Program-made: the position numbers and the translations under genes
Shown here: piece by piece, positions 27,630 through 37,186 of the stretch
Layout: each line of letters opens with the position of its first letter
Numbering within the stretch: the stretch's first letter is position 1
Notes under the pieces: generated by a model
Seen by the model: the letters and a program-made list of their open reading frames with translations, nothing else
Told to the model about the DNA's origin: nothing
Database searches by the model: none
Assembly (NCBI GenBank): GCA_947305775.1
Contig: CAMZEN010000009.1
Coordinates: forward strand, 2,785 to 66,784
Origin: an uncultured Verrucomicrobiota bacterium
GTDB lineage: Bacteria; Verrucomicrobiota; Kiritimatiellia; RFP12; UBA1067
Length of the DNA stretch: 64,000 nucleotides
Direction: 5' to 3'

Positions 27630-27976
27630 GACACCCACCCCGAATCGTAGGATCCCACTTTGCCGCGCACCTGTATCGTCTCGCTTGTCGTCGTCAGGGC
27701 GTAAAGGTTCGAGCCGTCTATCTGCGAGTACGACGTGGAGGATCGCGTACCACGGCAAGCGGGCTCGACCATTCCGCCGGGCCATGTCCAAAAATCGAGG
27801 TTCATGTTGCCCGCCGCCGCCTGTGCCGTCGCAAGGCTCACGCCGTTCTTCTGGTTCACGGTCGTCGTCGTGCGCTGGTAGGTGCAGTATGCCCCGCCGG
27901 TGGAGGGGCCGTTCGACCTGAGCGAAACGACTGAGCCGCCGCCCGTCGTCACTCCGCTGCCTGAATAGTAGCCCAT
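27626..27976 (-). CDS. Hypothetical tail-region protein
   Basis: 116-aa S/T/G-rich ORF with SD AAGGAG. Confidence 0.7.
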   Translation of the reverse strand: MGYYSGSGVTTGGGSVVSLRSNGPSTGGAYCTYQRTTTTVNQKNGVSLATAQAAAGNMNLDFWTWPGGMVEPACRGTRSSTSYSQIDGSNLYALTTTSETIQVRGKVGSYDSGWVS

Positions 27977-27977
27977 T

Positions 27978-28673
27978 TTACACCATCTCCTTTCTCGCCT
28001 CGACTGAATAGCGGATGTAGTCGCAGTCGCGCACGGTGCGCGGTACGCCGAGCAGCGTAAAGCCGCCCGCCTCCTTCATCGTCGGCGCGGATTCGCCGTT
28101 CGCCGCAAGCGTCTCGGCTGACAGTTCGTACCGCCCGCACACGATGTCGGACGCGCACGGCATGAGGTTCTCTTCGCAGACTACAGGGTTGCACGTTCCG
28201 ACAACCGCGACGCGCTGCATCTCGCCGCCGCCTCTGATCGCGTTCAGCAGGTTCTGCGCCCGCGCCCGCGCGACGACAGGGACGGAAACGTTGAACTTGT
28301 TGGCGTTGACCGTGAAGTTGTTGACGGCGTTCGCGCCCTCGTTCGCCACGGCGGAAACGGTCACAATCGGGAACTTGCCGACTTCCGTGACGATCTCGAC
28401 GGCGACGATCATGTAGCCGGAGACCGTCATGCGCCTGGACACGATGGTCGCGGCGAACGCCTCGCCGAGCTTGACGGAGATTGTCGTATTTGCCTTTACA
28501 AGATAGGTCACCTGCGGGTTGCGCCAGATGCCGCCCGTCTCGTTCACGTTGCTTTCGTATTTGCCGCCGTGGGCGACGGCGACGCGGTGGTAGGTGTCGC
28601 CAGACTGCGACTCAATCGGGACGAGCGCGGACGAGCCGAGGTTGAAATAGTCTGTTATGGTTGCCAACGCCAT
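27978..28673 (-). CDS. Tail-tube-fold paralogue (Dit-like position after the tape measure)
   Basis: Shares NPxVxY, MIxxVxxxTxxGxxPxxTVS and ARAQ motifs with 31494-32282 and 32301-32996. Confidence 0.6.
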   Translation of the reverse strand: MALATITDYFNLGSSALVPIESQSGDTYHRVAVAHGGKYESNVNETGGIWRNPQVTYLVKANTTISVKLGEAFAATIVSRRMTVSGYMIVAVEIVTEVGKFPIVTVSAVANEGANAVNNFTVNANKFNVSVPVVARARAQNLLNAIRGGGEMQRVAVVGTCNPVVCEENLMPCASDIVCGRYELSAETLAANGESAPTMKEAGGFTLLGVPRTVRDCDYIRYSVEARKEMV

Positions 28674-28675
28674 GT

Positions 28676-30403
28676 CTACCCCTTTATCTGCAAGAGTTCG
28701 TCCAGCTTCGCCGCAAGGTCGGCGGTGTTCTTCTCGATCTCGGCGAGGTGGCGTTCCGCCTGTTCCTTTTCCTCGCGGGCAAGGGCGACGCGGCGGACGG
28801 CCTCGTCGTCTACCGATAGATTCTCTGCGGTGCGCCAGTCGCGGCGGCGGTCTTTCAGGCGCGAGAAATCCTTCTCGAACTGCTTGCGGGCGGCGGCGTC
28901 CGCTTTTTCTTCCTCCAGCTGCGCGGCCATCGAGTCCTTGTCTCTGTACCAGCCCCACGCCTGTTGGAGTTTGGACTCGGCGGCGGCAATCTTCGACAGC
29001 TCTTTGTTCTCGGCTTGCCGTTCTTCGGCGAGGAGCCTCTGGTGGTCGCGTATCCTGTCGGCGAGTTCCTTCTGCCGCTCCCGTTCGCGGCGGGCGGCTT
29101 CCTGCGCGTCAAGCCGGGCGCGTTCGGCGGCGGCCTTCTCTGCGGCTTTGCGCTCGGCCTCCGCGCGTTTCTCGGCGGCGGCCTTGTCGGCGGCTTCCCT
29201 CGCCTTGACGGCCTCTTGCTCCTTTGCCGCCTTTTCGTTCACGGCCTTGAGCGCAATAGCCGCCAACTCGACTTCCAAAGCCTCGCGGCGTTTCTGTGCG
29301 GCTTCCAGCGCGGCCTCCTCCTTCTTGATCCTTTCGTCGGCGTTGAATCCAACGCCACGCGCCTCCTCAATCTTTGCGCCTACTGATCGCCGCAACTTTC
29401 GCTGCGCTTTCTGTTGTTCGGGATCTTCAAATTCCCATCCCTGCGACAAATTCGCCTTTGCGTCTCTAAGCCGTTTCACCTCCTCCCATGCAGCTTCGCT
29501 TTCGCGCTTGGCAATGTCGAGCCGCCGTTGCGCTTCGGCGATTTCCGCGTCGGCCTTGGCGCGGGCGGACTTTGCGCCCGCCTCGGACGACAATGCGTCA
29601 GCGTCCGAGTTGACGATTGCCGTGTCCTCGCCCGCCGCGATTCGTTTCTGCCTGTTGAGTTCTATCGTCGCCTTGGTTAGACGTTCGGTGAGGTCGATTT
29701 CGTTCTTGCGGGCGTCGAGTCCGGCCTTTGCCGCCTCTCGTTCGGCATTGGCAGCGTCGGCTATGGCGATTTTATAGTCGTTCACCTTCTCGGTCAGCAG
29801 GTTTAGCGTGTCAACCACGGCCTTTCGCTGTTCCTCGACCCGTTCCTTGTGCTTCTGCCATGCGCTCTGGATTGCGCCGATTACCATGCGGACGCCCGCC
29901 GCGCCGATCTCCCAAATGCCGCCAGTGAATATATTGGTCAGCGTCTTGCCGAGAAACCCCGTCCCTTGTGTCAATGTCCGTATGGCCGCCGACAGTTTGC
30001 CGACGCCTTTGACGGACTGTTCCGCGCCGTTGCCGACGTCACGCATTGCCTTGGCTGCCTTGGCGTCAGCCGCCGCCTTCGACGCGGCGCGAATCTTCGC
30101 GCGGAGTTCTTCGAGTTTTCGTGCGGCTTCCTGTGAATCCTTCCGCACGTCTTGAAGAAAGTCGCCGAGCGATTTGTAGGTGTTGCCCATTGCCCTTGCC
30201 GCCTTGTCGGCGGCGGCGGACATATCGACTGCGACGTTGGATGCGTGGCTGTGGATGGACTTTGACAGTTCGGCGTTGCACTCCATGAGCCACTTGTTGG
30301 ATTTCTCCAAATCGGCGGCCATCCTGTCTAGTGCGGCGGACGCCTGCGACACGCCGGACGGATCAAAACCCGATGCAATCTTGATTTTTATTTCGCGGCC
30401 CAT
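28676..30403 (-). CDS. Tape measure protein
   Basis: 575 aa, A/E/K/R-rich helical; follows the tail chaperone. Confidence 0.75.
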   Translation of the reverse strand: MGREIKIKIASGFDPSGVSQASAALDRMAADLEKSNKWLMECNAELSKSIHSHASNVAVDMSAAADKAARAMGNTYKSLGDFLQDVRKDSQEAARKLEELRAKIRAASKAAADAKAAKAMRDVGNGAEQSVKGVGKLSAAIRTLTQGTGFLGKTLTNIFTGGIWEIGAAGVRMVIGAIQSAWQKHKERVEEQRKAVVDTLNLLTEKVNDYKIAIADAANAEREAAKAGLDARKNEIDLTERLTKATIELNRQKRIAAGEDTAIVNSDADALSSEAGAKSARAKADAEIAEAQRRLDIAKRESEAAWEEVKRLRDAKANLSQGWEFEDPEQQKAQRKLRRSVGAKIEEARGVGFNADERIKKEEAALEAAQKRREALEVELAAIALKAVNEKAAKEQEAVKAREAADKAAAEKRAEAERKAAEKAAAERARLDAQEAARRERERQKELADRIRDHQRLLAEERQAENKELSKIAAAESKLQQAWGWYRDKDSMAAQLEEEKADAAARKQFEKDFSRLKDRRRDWRTAENLSVDDEAVRRVALAREEKEQAERHLAEIEKNTADLAAKLDELLQIKG

Positions 30404-30444
30404 ATTGTCACGCCCTCCCGATGTGTGGTATAATGCTCCGCGTC

Positions 30445-30642
30445 ATGCCGTACATCAAAGACAAACCCATGCGCAACGATGCGCAACCCTCGCCGTGCGA
30501 AGTCTGCCAATACGGCAAGATGAGCGCGGAGTGCAGGGGGTGTCCGCACAATGGCCCGCAGACTTGGGGCGAAATATTTATGATGTGTGCATTCGTCATT
30601 GTTCTTGCCGTGTTGCTCGGTGTTGCCGCTGCGGCCTTATGA
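30445..30642 (+). CDS. Small Cys-rich membrane protein (moron-like)
   Basis: Opposite strand, own TTGTCA..TGGTATAAT promoter (30405-30434); CxxC..CxxC plus a C-terminal TM. Confidence 0.6.
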   Translation: MPYIKDKPMRNDAQPSPCEVCQYGKMSAECRGCPHNGPQTWGEIFMMCAFVIVLAVLLGVAAAAL

Positions 30643-30762
30643 ATCAATCATCGTTAGCCGCCGCGTTCCATCTGCATTCTCTTTCACATTTGGCGTTTCG
30701 GTCAAAATGACAACCGCCCCGGGGGCGGCGCGGAAGGCAAGCGAGAGATAAGAGCAAGACGC

Positions 30763-31497
30763 TTAGGAAAGCGGAGCGTCGCCGCTTCGCTCGGCTTTCT
30801 CGGCGCGTAGCCTCGCCGTGATCGCGTTCAACGTCGCAAGGTAGTCGGCGTGTGCCCGTGCGCTCGTCTTCGTCATTTCCATGCCCGCCTGTACGTGAGC
30901 CGCGTAGATCATGCCGCGCAAGCGAGAAGGGGTCTGGCACATGAGGTCGTCGAAGGTGAGGCCTGTCGCCGCCGCCGCTTGCGAAAGCGTCTCCTCCAGC
31001 GCGGCGAAGTTCCTCTGTTCCCGCTTGTCGGGCGTCTCGTTCTTCTCGCGCTCCTTTGCGATGTCCGTCTTTTCCGGCTTCGGGTCTTCGATCCCGACCG
31101 CCGCGTAGTAAACGGCGGCATCCACCTCGGCCTTGGTCGCGGCCACGCCGCCGACAAAGTGGCCGAGGGCGCGTTGTATCTCGTCGGGATCGTGCAAGTT
31201 GTCAAGATAGCCGCGCTTCCTGCCGTGTGCGCAAGCGAACGCGAAAAGCCAGTCTGCGGTCGCCTCGTCGTCGGCGTACCGCTTCGCGTAGCCGTACCAG
31301 TAGAACGCCGCCATGGTAGGCTCCCAGAACACAACGCCCCCCGCAACGGCGAAGCGGGGCGCGTTGTAGGCGGTCGTCTCCGGGCCGTCTGTGATCTTTA
31401 GTGCAAGCGCGTGGAGGCGGATGACGTCCTCGTCGGACGGGGCAAGCCCCTCCGCGCGGAGGTCGTCGAGATCCTCTTTCGCAAGTTGCGAGATCAT
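30763..31497 (-). CDS. Putative tail assembly chaperone
   Basis: Position between tail-tube-like genes and tape measure. Confidence 0.5.
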   Translation of the reverse strand: MISQLAKEDLDDLRAEGLAPSDEDVIRLHALALKITDGPETTAYNAPRFAVAGGVVFWEPTMAAFYWYGYAKRYADDEATADWLFAFACAHGRKRGYLDNLHDPDEIQRALGHFVGGVAATKAEVDAAVYYAAVGIEDPKPEKTDIAKEREKNETPDKREQRNFAALEETLSQAAAATGLTFDDLMCQTPSRLRGMIYAAHVQAGMEMTKTSARAHADYLATLNAITARLRAEKAERSGDAPLS

Positions 31498-32282
31498 CTC
31501 TGCCCTTCGTCGCTTCCCGCGTCTTCGCCCGTCTGCACGGCTTCCGCGTCTTCGCCCGTCTGCACGGCTTCACCGCGCAGAGTGGCCGCCGCCATCTCTC
31601 GCGGCTCCGATCCCGCGAGCGACATGGTGGCGGTCGCCGTCTTCGACTGGTAGTCTGCGTCCGGGTCGTTCTCGGCCTGCACTGCCGTCAGCTGCCAGCC
31701 GGAACGGGCCGCGAACGCAAACTCGCCGGACGGGTCGGACATTGACGCGGACACCTCGACGACGCCGTGGCTCGCGTCGCTGAAGACGGGAACTCCCGCG
31801 ACCGTCTGCACGTGGGGATCGACAGAGAACGTGGTGGTCACTTCCCGAAGCGGCGTTGCGTTGGCAAACGCCGATGCCACGTCCTGCGCCCTCGCCTTGG
31901 CGAGAACGGTTCCCGAAAGCGCATAAGTCCGACGCGACGTCGCCGCCGATTCGACTTGCACGCCGGAGACCGTGATCGTCGGAATCTCGCCCGCCGCCGT
32001 CTTCACGACGACCTGCGTTATCATGAGGCTCTTGGCGTTTGCGCCCGTGCCGAAGGTGACGACCGCGCCCAGCGAGATTGCGGACAGATCGACGGTGCCC
32101 GTGACAAGATACTCCACCGACGGGCTGAACACCTGGCCGTATACGTCGCGGTTCGTCGCGTCGCCGTATTCGTCAACGGCCTCGGCGACAGACGAACTCG
32201 CGCCGTCGTTCGAGGACTTCACGGCCAGCCCCGTGGTCAGCCCCCAGAAGTTGCGCTTTGCGCTGAATCCTGCATTTGCCAT
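31494..32282 (-). CDS. Putative major tail (tube) protein, paralogue B
   Basis: S/T/A/V-rich; paralogous to 32301-32996; 27-bp tandem duplication at 31517-31570. Confidence 0.6.
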   Translation of the reverse strand: MANAGFSAKRNFWGLTTGLAVKSSNDGASSSVAEAVDEYGDATNRDVYGQVFSPSVEYLVTGTVDLSAISLGAVVTFGTGANAKSLMITQVVVKTAAGEIPTITVSGVQVESAATSRRTYALSGTVLAKARAQDVASAFANATPLREVTTTFSVDPHVQTVAGVPVFSDASHGVVEVSASMSDPSGEFAFAARSGWQLTAVQAENDPDADYQSKTATATMSLAGSEPREMAAATLRGEAVQTGEDAEAVQTGEDAGSDEGQR

Positions 32283-32300
32283 GGTTCGTGCTCCTTTCGA

Positions 32301-32996
32301 TTAGGCGGCGTCCGTTCCGGAGAGATACTTGATGGAGGTTATGTTGCGCGAAATATAGGCGGCGTCCTGGCGGTTCTCGTCTCCGAGCATGAACACGTCG
32401 AACCCATCCGACTTGCCCCACGATCCGCCGGAGGTCGCCTGAATGATCGTGGCGACAGCCTCGACCTTTCCGTTCGTCACGTCGTGGACGGCCGGCCAGC
32501 CGCCAATCGTCTGCACGACCGGCTCGATGCTGAAAGTCGTCTCGCAGGAGTTCAACGAGACCGATGCCAGGGAGAATGCGGTCGCCACGTCCTGCGCCTT
32601 GCTTCTCGGCGCGACGCTCATTGCGACAGGATAAGTCCGCTTCGTCGTCGCGCCGTTCTCGACTTGCACGCCGGAGACCGTGATCGTCGGGGGAGTTCCC
32701 GCCGCCGTGCGCACGACGACCTGCGTAATCATCAGTTTCGATGTCACGTTGTTGACGGTGTACTCCACTACCTTGCCGAGCAGAATCGGGGTGTTCTGAT
32801 TGGTGAACGCCGCCGTGACGGCAAACTCGACGGTCGGGTTCAGTGTGCCGCCGATCCTGTCGAACGCCACAACGTCGGCAAGGGCGTTGGCCGCCGTGGC
32901 AACCGAATGGCTGCCGCCCCTGCTGGACGATTTCGGCGTCAGCCCCGCGATCGTGCCCCAGTAGTTGATGGGTGCCGAAAATCCTGAACTTGCCAT
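32301..32996 (-). CDS. Putative major tail (tube) protein, paralogue A
   Basis: Follows the neck genes; shares LMITQVVVxTAAGxxPTITVSGVQVE with paralogue B. Confidence 0.6.
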   Translation of the reverse strand: MASSGFSAPINYWGTIAGLTPKSSSRGGSHSVATAANALADVVAFDRIGGTLNPTVEFAVTAAFTNQNTPILLGKVVEYTVNNVTSKLMITQVVVRTAAGTPPTITVSGVQVENGATTKRTYPVAMSVAPRSKAQDVATAFSLASVSLNSCETTFSIEPVVQTIGGWPAVHDVTNGKVEAVATIIQATSGGSWGKSDGFDVFMLGDENRQDAAYISRNITSIKYLSGTDAA

Positions 32997-33050
32997 GATG
33001 CTGTTCCTTTCTTGCAATGGGACGGGGCAGGCCCCGAACCCCGGTTTTGA

Positions 33051-33524
33051 TTAGGTTGCGCGGCCCGTTATGGTCGCCGCGAAAGATGTACTCCACGAGC
33101 CGCCGTTCTCGTCGGCTTGGTAGTCGGGTTCGTCGCCTTCGTTAAGCTGGAATCCGTCAACGGCGAAGACGTGTACCGCGCCGTCGGCCAGTTCGTCGCC
33201 CTCGTCGCCCAACCCTGTGCAGTTGTCGCCCCGCGCCAAGAAGTCGAACACGGCCCATAGGGCGTTGTAGTTGTCCACGAAAAGGTGCCCGCTCTTGTCG
33301 TCGTCTATGGAGACGGTCAGGATGGCGCGGACGGAAAACACATATTGGGGAATGGGCTCGACAAGCTGGCCGGCAATGTGGACATTCAAGGCAATGCCAC
33401 TGGACGGGGTTTCGCTCTTTTCGCCGCCGAGGGCTTTCAGCAAGAGCGACTGGACGGGGACGGTCGCGCCCTCCATCTCTATCGCGGTTTTCAGCTTTCG
33501 TGTTATGAGTTCAGCGGGTGTCAT
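33051..33524 (-). CDS. Putative tail terminator/completion protein
   Basis: Acidic 157-aa ORF in the neck position. Confidence 0.5.
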   Translation of the reverse strand: MTPAELITRKLKTAIEMEGATVPVQSLLLKALGGEKSETPSSGIALNVHIAGQLVEPIPQYVFSVRAILTVSIDDDKSGHLFVDNYNALWAVFDFLARGDNCTGLGDEGDELADGAVHVFAVDGFQLNEGDEPDYQADENGGSWSTSFAATITGRAT

Positions 33525-34177
33525 GCCAATTCCTTTCTTGCCTTGGCCAGTCCTTTGTCGATTTGGCCGTCGATATACCGAGTAGCCGCCGCCATTGCTT
33601 CGGATAGTGCGGCCTCCGGCAACGCCTCGCGGATGTAGTCGAGCTTGTTGACGATGAGAACTTCGACGCGGGGGTTCTCGCCCGTGACTATCTCGCGGAG
33701 ATAGCCCTCGGTCATGCGCTCGTCGATTTTAGTCTTCGGATTTCCGCCCGTGAGTTCACCGCGCTTGAAGAGGGCTTTCATAAACCAACCCCACGAATGT
33801 TTGGCAAGTCCCCAGCGCGTGTACTGCGCGAAACGTCGCCGCGCCTCGCTGCGCGTGTCCGCTGGCTTGATGTATGTCTTCTCGTCCTGTCCGCCGCGTC
33901 TGCGGATCGCCCAGCGGCGTTGCGGTTTCTGCCCCTTGCCCTTTGGCGTGATGTAGTGCGGCCCCGGCCCGTCGTACTTCGTCACGTCCTTCAGCGGTGC
34001 TTGCCGCTTGGCCTTGGCCGTGCGGGCGCGTAGCCCCTTTATGAGCGCAATCGTGCCGCGCCGGATAGCGACGGCCTGGCTGTTGCCCAATTCGTTGCGG
34101 TATCTGCCGCAAGCGCGGGTGAAGTCGCGAATGGTCGCCTCCGGGACGCTTGCTGAAATGTCAAGGATGGCCGCCAC
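33521..34177 (-). CDS. Putative neck/tail completion protein
   Basis: Basic 218-aa ORF in the head-tail region. Confidence 0.5.
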   Translation of the reverse strand: MAAILDISASVPEATIRDFTRACGRYRNELGNSQAVAIRRGTIALIKGLRARTAKAKRQAPLKDVTKYDGPGPHYITPKGKGQKPQRRWAIRRRGGQDEKTYIKPADTRSEARRRFAQYTRWGLAKHSWGWFMKALFKRGELTGGNPKTKIDERMTEGYLREIVTGENPRVEVLIVNKLDYIREALPEAALSEAMAAATRYIDGQIDKGLAKARKELA

Positions 34178-34181
34178 GTCG

Positions 34182-34808
34182 TCAGCCCCTTGTGCGGCAT
34201 TTCAGGATGTACCAGCCGTCGTGCCGCGTGACGGTGGAGACTTTGAGCGCGAACGGATGGCCGCCGGGCGCAACTTCCAGCACGTCCGACGGTTCGGGGT
34301 CGGTGACTTCCGGCCAGTCGTCGCGGCGGACGGCGACGGTGTAGGCGGTCGCGTAGGTCGGCGCAAGCGCGTCGGCGTAGTTGTCCGCCGTGCCGCTTTC
34401 CAGCAAAAGCACGTCGAGCGCGTGCTTGATGTGGCGGACGCGTCCGTTCTCGCGGCGCGTTCCAGAATATGTCGCGGGGTGCTTGTCGAACGCTGCGGAA
34501 AGACCTACGGTGAAGAGCGCGTTCGCCGGACCCGTGCCGCAATAGGTTACGACGCGGAAGGTCGGGCCAAGCTCCACAGCCTCGCCGATGCGCAGCGCGG
34601 GGAAGTCGGCGACGTTCGCAAGGACGCGGCAGTCCTCTGAAACCTCCGCGTCCGTCACTTCGTCGTCGCCCCGCTGGTGAGTGCCGATGCGCGTCACCGT
34701 GGCGGAGCGTTCGCCGTGGCGGAGGACTTCGGAGCAGCCCGAAAGAGAACTGCCACGAAGTTTCGCGATTGCGGCGATCACGTATTCGCACGGCTTGCGC
34801 ATCGGCAC
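34182..34808 (-). CDS. Putative head-tail joining protein
   Basis: Position after the capsid decoration gene. Confidence 0.5.
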   Translation of the reverse strand: MPMRKPCEYVIAAIAKLRGSSLSGCSEVLRHGERSATVTRIGTHQRGDDEVTDAEVSEDCRVLANVADFPALRIGEAVELGPTFRVVTYCGTGPANALFTVGLSAAFDKHPATYSGTRRENGRVRHIKHALDVLLLESGTADNYADALAPTYATAYTVAVRRDDWPEVTDPEPSDVLEVAPGGHPFALKVSTVTRHDGWYILKCRTRG

Positions 34809-34823
34809 GTTTCCTTCTCGCCG

Positions 34824-35174
34824 TTAGGCGCAGACGACCTCGAACGTGAGATCGGTCGAGCCGACCGCCGCGCGGGTATAGCCCAGGAGCGTCGCGTTCG
34901 TGCTGGTCTTCGAGACAAGCCCCGTCGCGTCCACGATGTAGATCGCAACGCCGGCATTCGTCGAGCCGAGGGCGTCGTCGGTCGTGACCTCGATCACCTC
35001 GCCGCGCTGAAGCACCTTCAACGTGGATGCCTCGTTCGCGGCGATGTCCCAGAGGGCGAGGCCGAACACCCCGCCGACCTTGACGATGGTCCCGGCGGGC
35101 GTAGCGCTGCCAGGCTTGTAGTCGATGGTGTCGCCAGTCTTACGGAACTTGGCGAGATTGGAAGAGATAGCCAT
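34824..35174 (-). CDS. DUF2190-like capsid decoration/cement protein
   Basis: GDTIDYKPGSATPAGTIVKVGGVFGLA..DIAA; directly after the capsid gene. Confidence 0.75.
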   Translation of the reverse strand: MAISSNLAKFRKTGDTIDYKPGSATPAGTIVKVGGVFGLALWDIAANEASTLKVLQRGEVIEVTTDDALGSTNAGVAIYIVDATGLVSKTSTNATLLGYTRAAVGSTDLTFEVVCA

Positions 35175-35250
35175 TTTCAGTTTTCCTTTCTTGAGTGGTT
35201 CAAAGGTTGGGTGCGGCGGCACCTTTGGATTGTCACCGCACCCGCCCAAA

Positions 35251-37155
35251 TTACGCGCCGGTCGAGTAGACCGCCGCCTTCAGCTCGCCAGCCGACGGGC
35301 CGTAGTCGTAGTAGCAACGCATCTGGATGCCAAGCTGGGAGAAGTTGGCCTCCGCCGTTTCCACGACAGGCGTTGTGCGTCCGTTGAGGAACGCGACATC
35401 CACGAGCGGGAATGCGTCATTGAACAACCAATACTTCGTGCCCGACAGGAACGGCGAAGTGATCGGCTCCAGCAGGTTGCGCATCTCGTTGTTCGCGGGC
35501 GTCTTGCCGGACGCACCGGAAACGATGTGCTCGGACTGGTAGATGTTGCGGGCCGTGAGGAAGTTCGACGGCGAGCAGAGGATCTTGTTGGGGATCGCTC
35601 CGATGGGATCGCCGCTGGAATCCTTTATGCCCAGCGCAAGCGCGTAGGCGGTCGCAAGCGTACCGATGGCGAGCGCGCCGGAGGTGTTCGCGCCATAGTC
35701 CGAAGCGGTCGAGGAGAGCGCGCCGAAAACGTCCTTGTTGATCGTGCGGCCGGCCATCTGTCCGAAACGCTCCGGGATCATGGCAAGAACGCCGAGGTCG
35801 TCATTGATGAGGTCTTCGCGGGTGATGCCCACGATGGACCCCTTCGTGGCGGCCTGAATGGTGCGGGCCTCGTCGGAAAGATCGACGTGCTGAAGCTCAC
35901 CGCCCTTGGCGAGAGACTTCAAGAGGCCACCCATGACGAGACGGACGCCCTTTACGGCCTTGAAGTCCGACACGGGGACGGCGCGGGAGATCCTGCGCCA
36001 ATCCTCGCCCACCGAGCCGAAGCCCGCGAGGACGAACTTGTGCGCGATGTTGGAGAGGACGTTCGGGATGTCGGCGTTCGAGAACGCGGCCTTGATAGCG
36101 GCCATCGTGCTTGCGTCGTTGCCCGGACGGTACGTGAAGCCGAACGCGGCGAAGATGTCCGACAGACGGGTAATGCCGAGGTCGTGCGCGGCGTCGAGGT
36201 CAACGCCCTTGCAGGTCGCCTCCACATCCTTGTCGCTCATCGCGGCGCCGAAGCAGGCGGCGGCGACAACGGTCTTCGCGTCCTTCGGCACGGAAGCCCT
36301 GAGGTTGATTATGGCGGGGGCGGCGGGACGCCCAGCCTCAATCGTCTCCTGATCCTTTGCTGCCTTCTCCGCCCTGAGGCATTCCAGCTCCGCTTTCTCG
36401 GCGGTCCAGCCCTCCTTTACGGCCTTGGCCATGATGTCGTCGTGCCCCTTGCACGCGGCGATTACGGATGCGACGCGCTCGCGCTCGGCGTTCTGCGCTG
36501 CCGCCTCCACGGTTGCGGTGTCGGTAGGCTTTGCGCCCTCCACCGGCTTGTTCTTGTCTTCGGGCATTGCGCCCTCCTTTCCTGTTTGGTTGGCGGCGGC
36601 GGTTATCGCCGTCTGGGTTGAGCCATCGGCCCCCAATGGGACGATGGAAACTTCGTTGAGCGTTCCGGCGCGGACGATGTAGCATTCGCCCTCGACCTCG
36701 GAACCGTTCAAAAGGCATTTCGTGTCCTTGTCAACGTAGAACACCTCCTGCGCAGATACGCCGACGGAAGCCTGGAACTTGAAGCCGGCCTTTGCCAGCT
36801 CGTAGACCTTCTTCGCATCCTCCGAAACGGGCATGAAGTCGGCCTCCAGCGATAGGCTCCTGCCGTCGTGCGAAACCTTTGTGGCCTGTCCGCAGATGGC
36901 GTCGATGGAGTCTTTCTTGTGCTGGCACAGAATCGGCACGGCCATGTCGTCGCGCCACTTGAGGCCCGACAATTCGATGCCGACAGGTCTGCCCCATCCC
37001 ACGTTCATCAGTCCGCCGTTGTAGGCGACAATACTCATTCGCTTGTTGCCGTTGGCGTCGGGCTGTCCGTCCGTGCTCTTGGCGGCGACGAGCGACACGG
37101 TGCCGGTCGCAACAATCGGCTTCTTCATCAACTCTTCTATCTTTTCGGGTGGCAT
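35251..37155 (-). CDS. Fused prohead protease / major capsid protein (Mu gpT-like)
   Basis: N-terminal FQASVG..LNEVSIVPLGADGST protease; C-terminal ITREDLINDDLG and VAFLNGRTTPVVE. Confidence 0.88.
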   Translation of the reverse strand: MPPEKIEELMKKPIVATGTVSLVAAKSTDGQPDANGNKRMSIVAYNGGLMNVGWGRPVGIELSGLKWRDDMAVPILCQHKKDSIDAICGQATKVSHDGRSLSLEADFMPVSEDAKKVYELAKAGFKFQASVGVSAQEVFYVDKDTKCLLNGSEVEGECYIVRAGTLNEVSIVPLGADGSTQTAITAAANQTGKEGAMPEDKNKPVEGAKPTDTATVEAAAQNAERERVASVIAACKGHDDIMAKAVKEGWTAEKAELECLRAEKAAKDQETIEAGRPAAPAIINLRASVPKDAKTVVAAACFGAAMSDKDVEATCKGVDLDAAHDLGITRLSDIFAAFGFTYRPGNDASTMAAIKAAFSNADIPNVLSNIAHKFVLAGFGSVGEDWRRISRAVPVSDFKAVKGVRLVMGGLLKSLAKGGELQHVDLSDEARTIQAATKGSIVGITREDLINDDLGVLAMIPERFGQMAGRTINKDVFGALSSTASDYGANTSGALAIGTLATAYALALGIKDSSGDPIGAIPNKILCSPSNFLTARNIYQSEHIVSGASGKTPANNEMRNLLEPITSPFLSGTKYWLFNDAFPLVDVAFLNGRTTPVVETAEANFSQLGIQMRCYYDYGPSAGELKAAVYSTGA

Positions 37156-37186
37156 TTTCAGACTCCTTCCGTATTTAGTCCGCCGG

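Noticed and set aside
31517..31570. 27-bp tandem duplication as a programmed frameshift or regulatory signal
   Set aside because: An in-frame duplication in a low-complexity C-terminal tail; no slippery sequence identified
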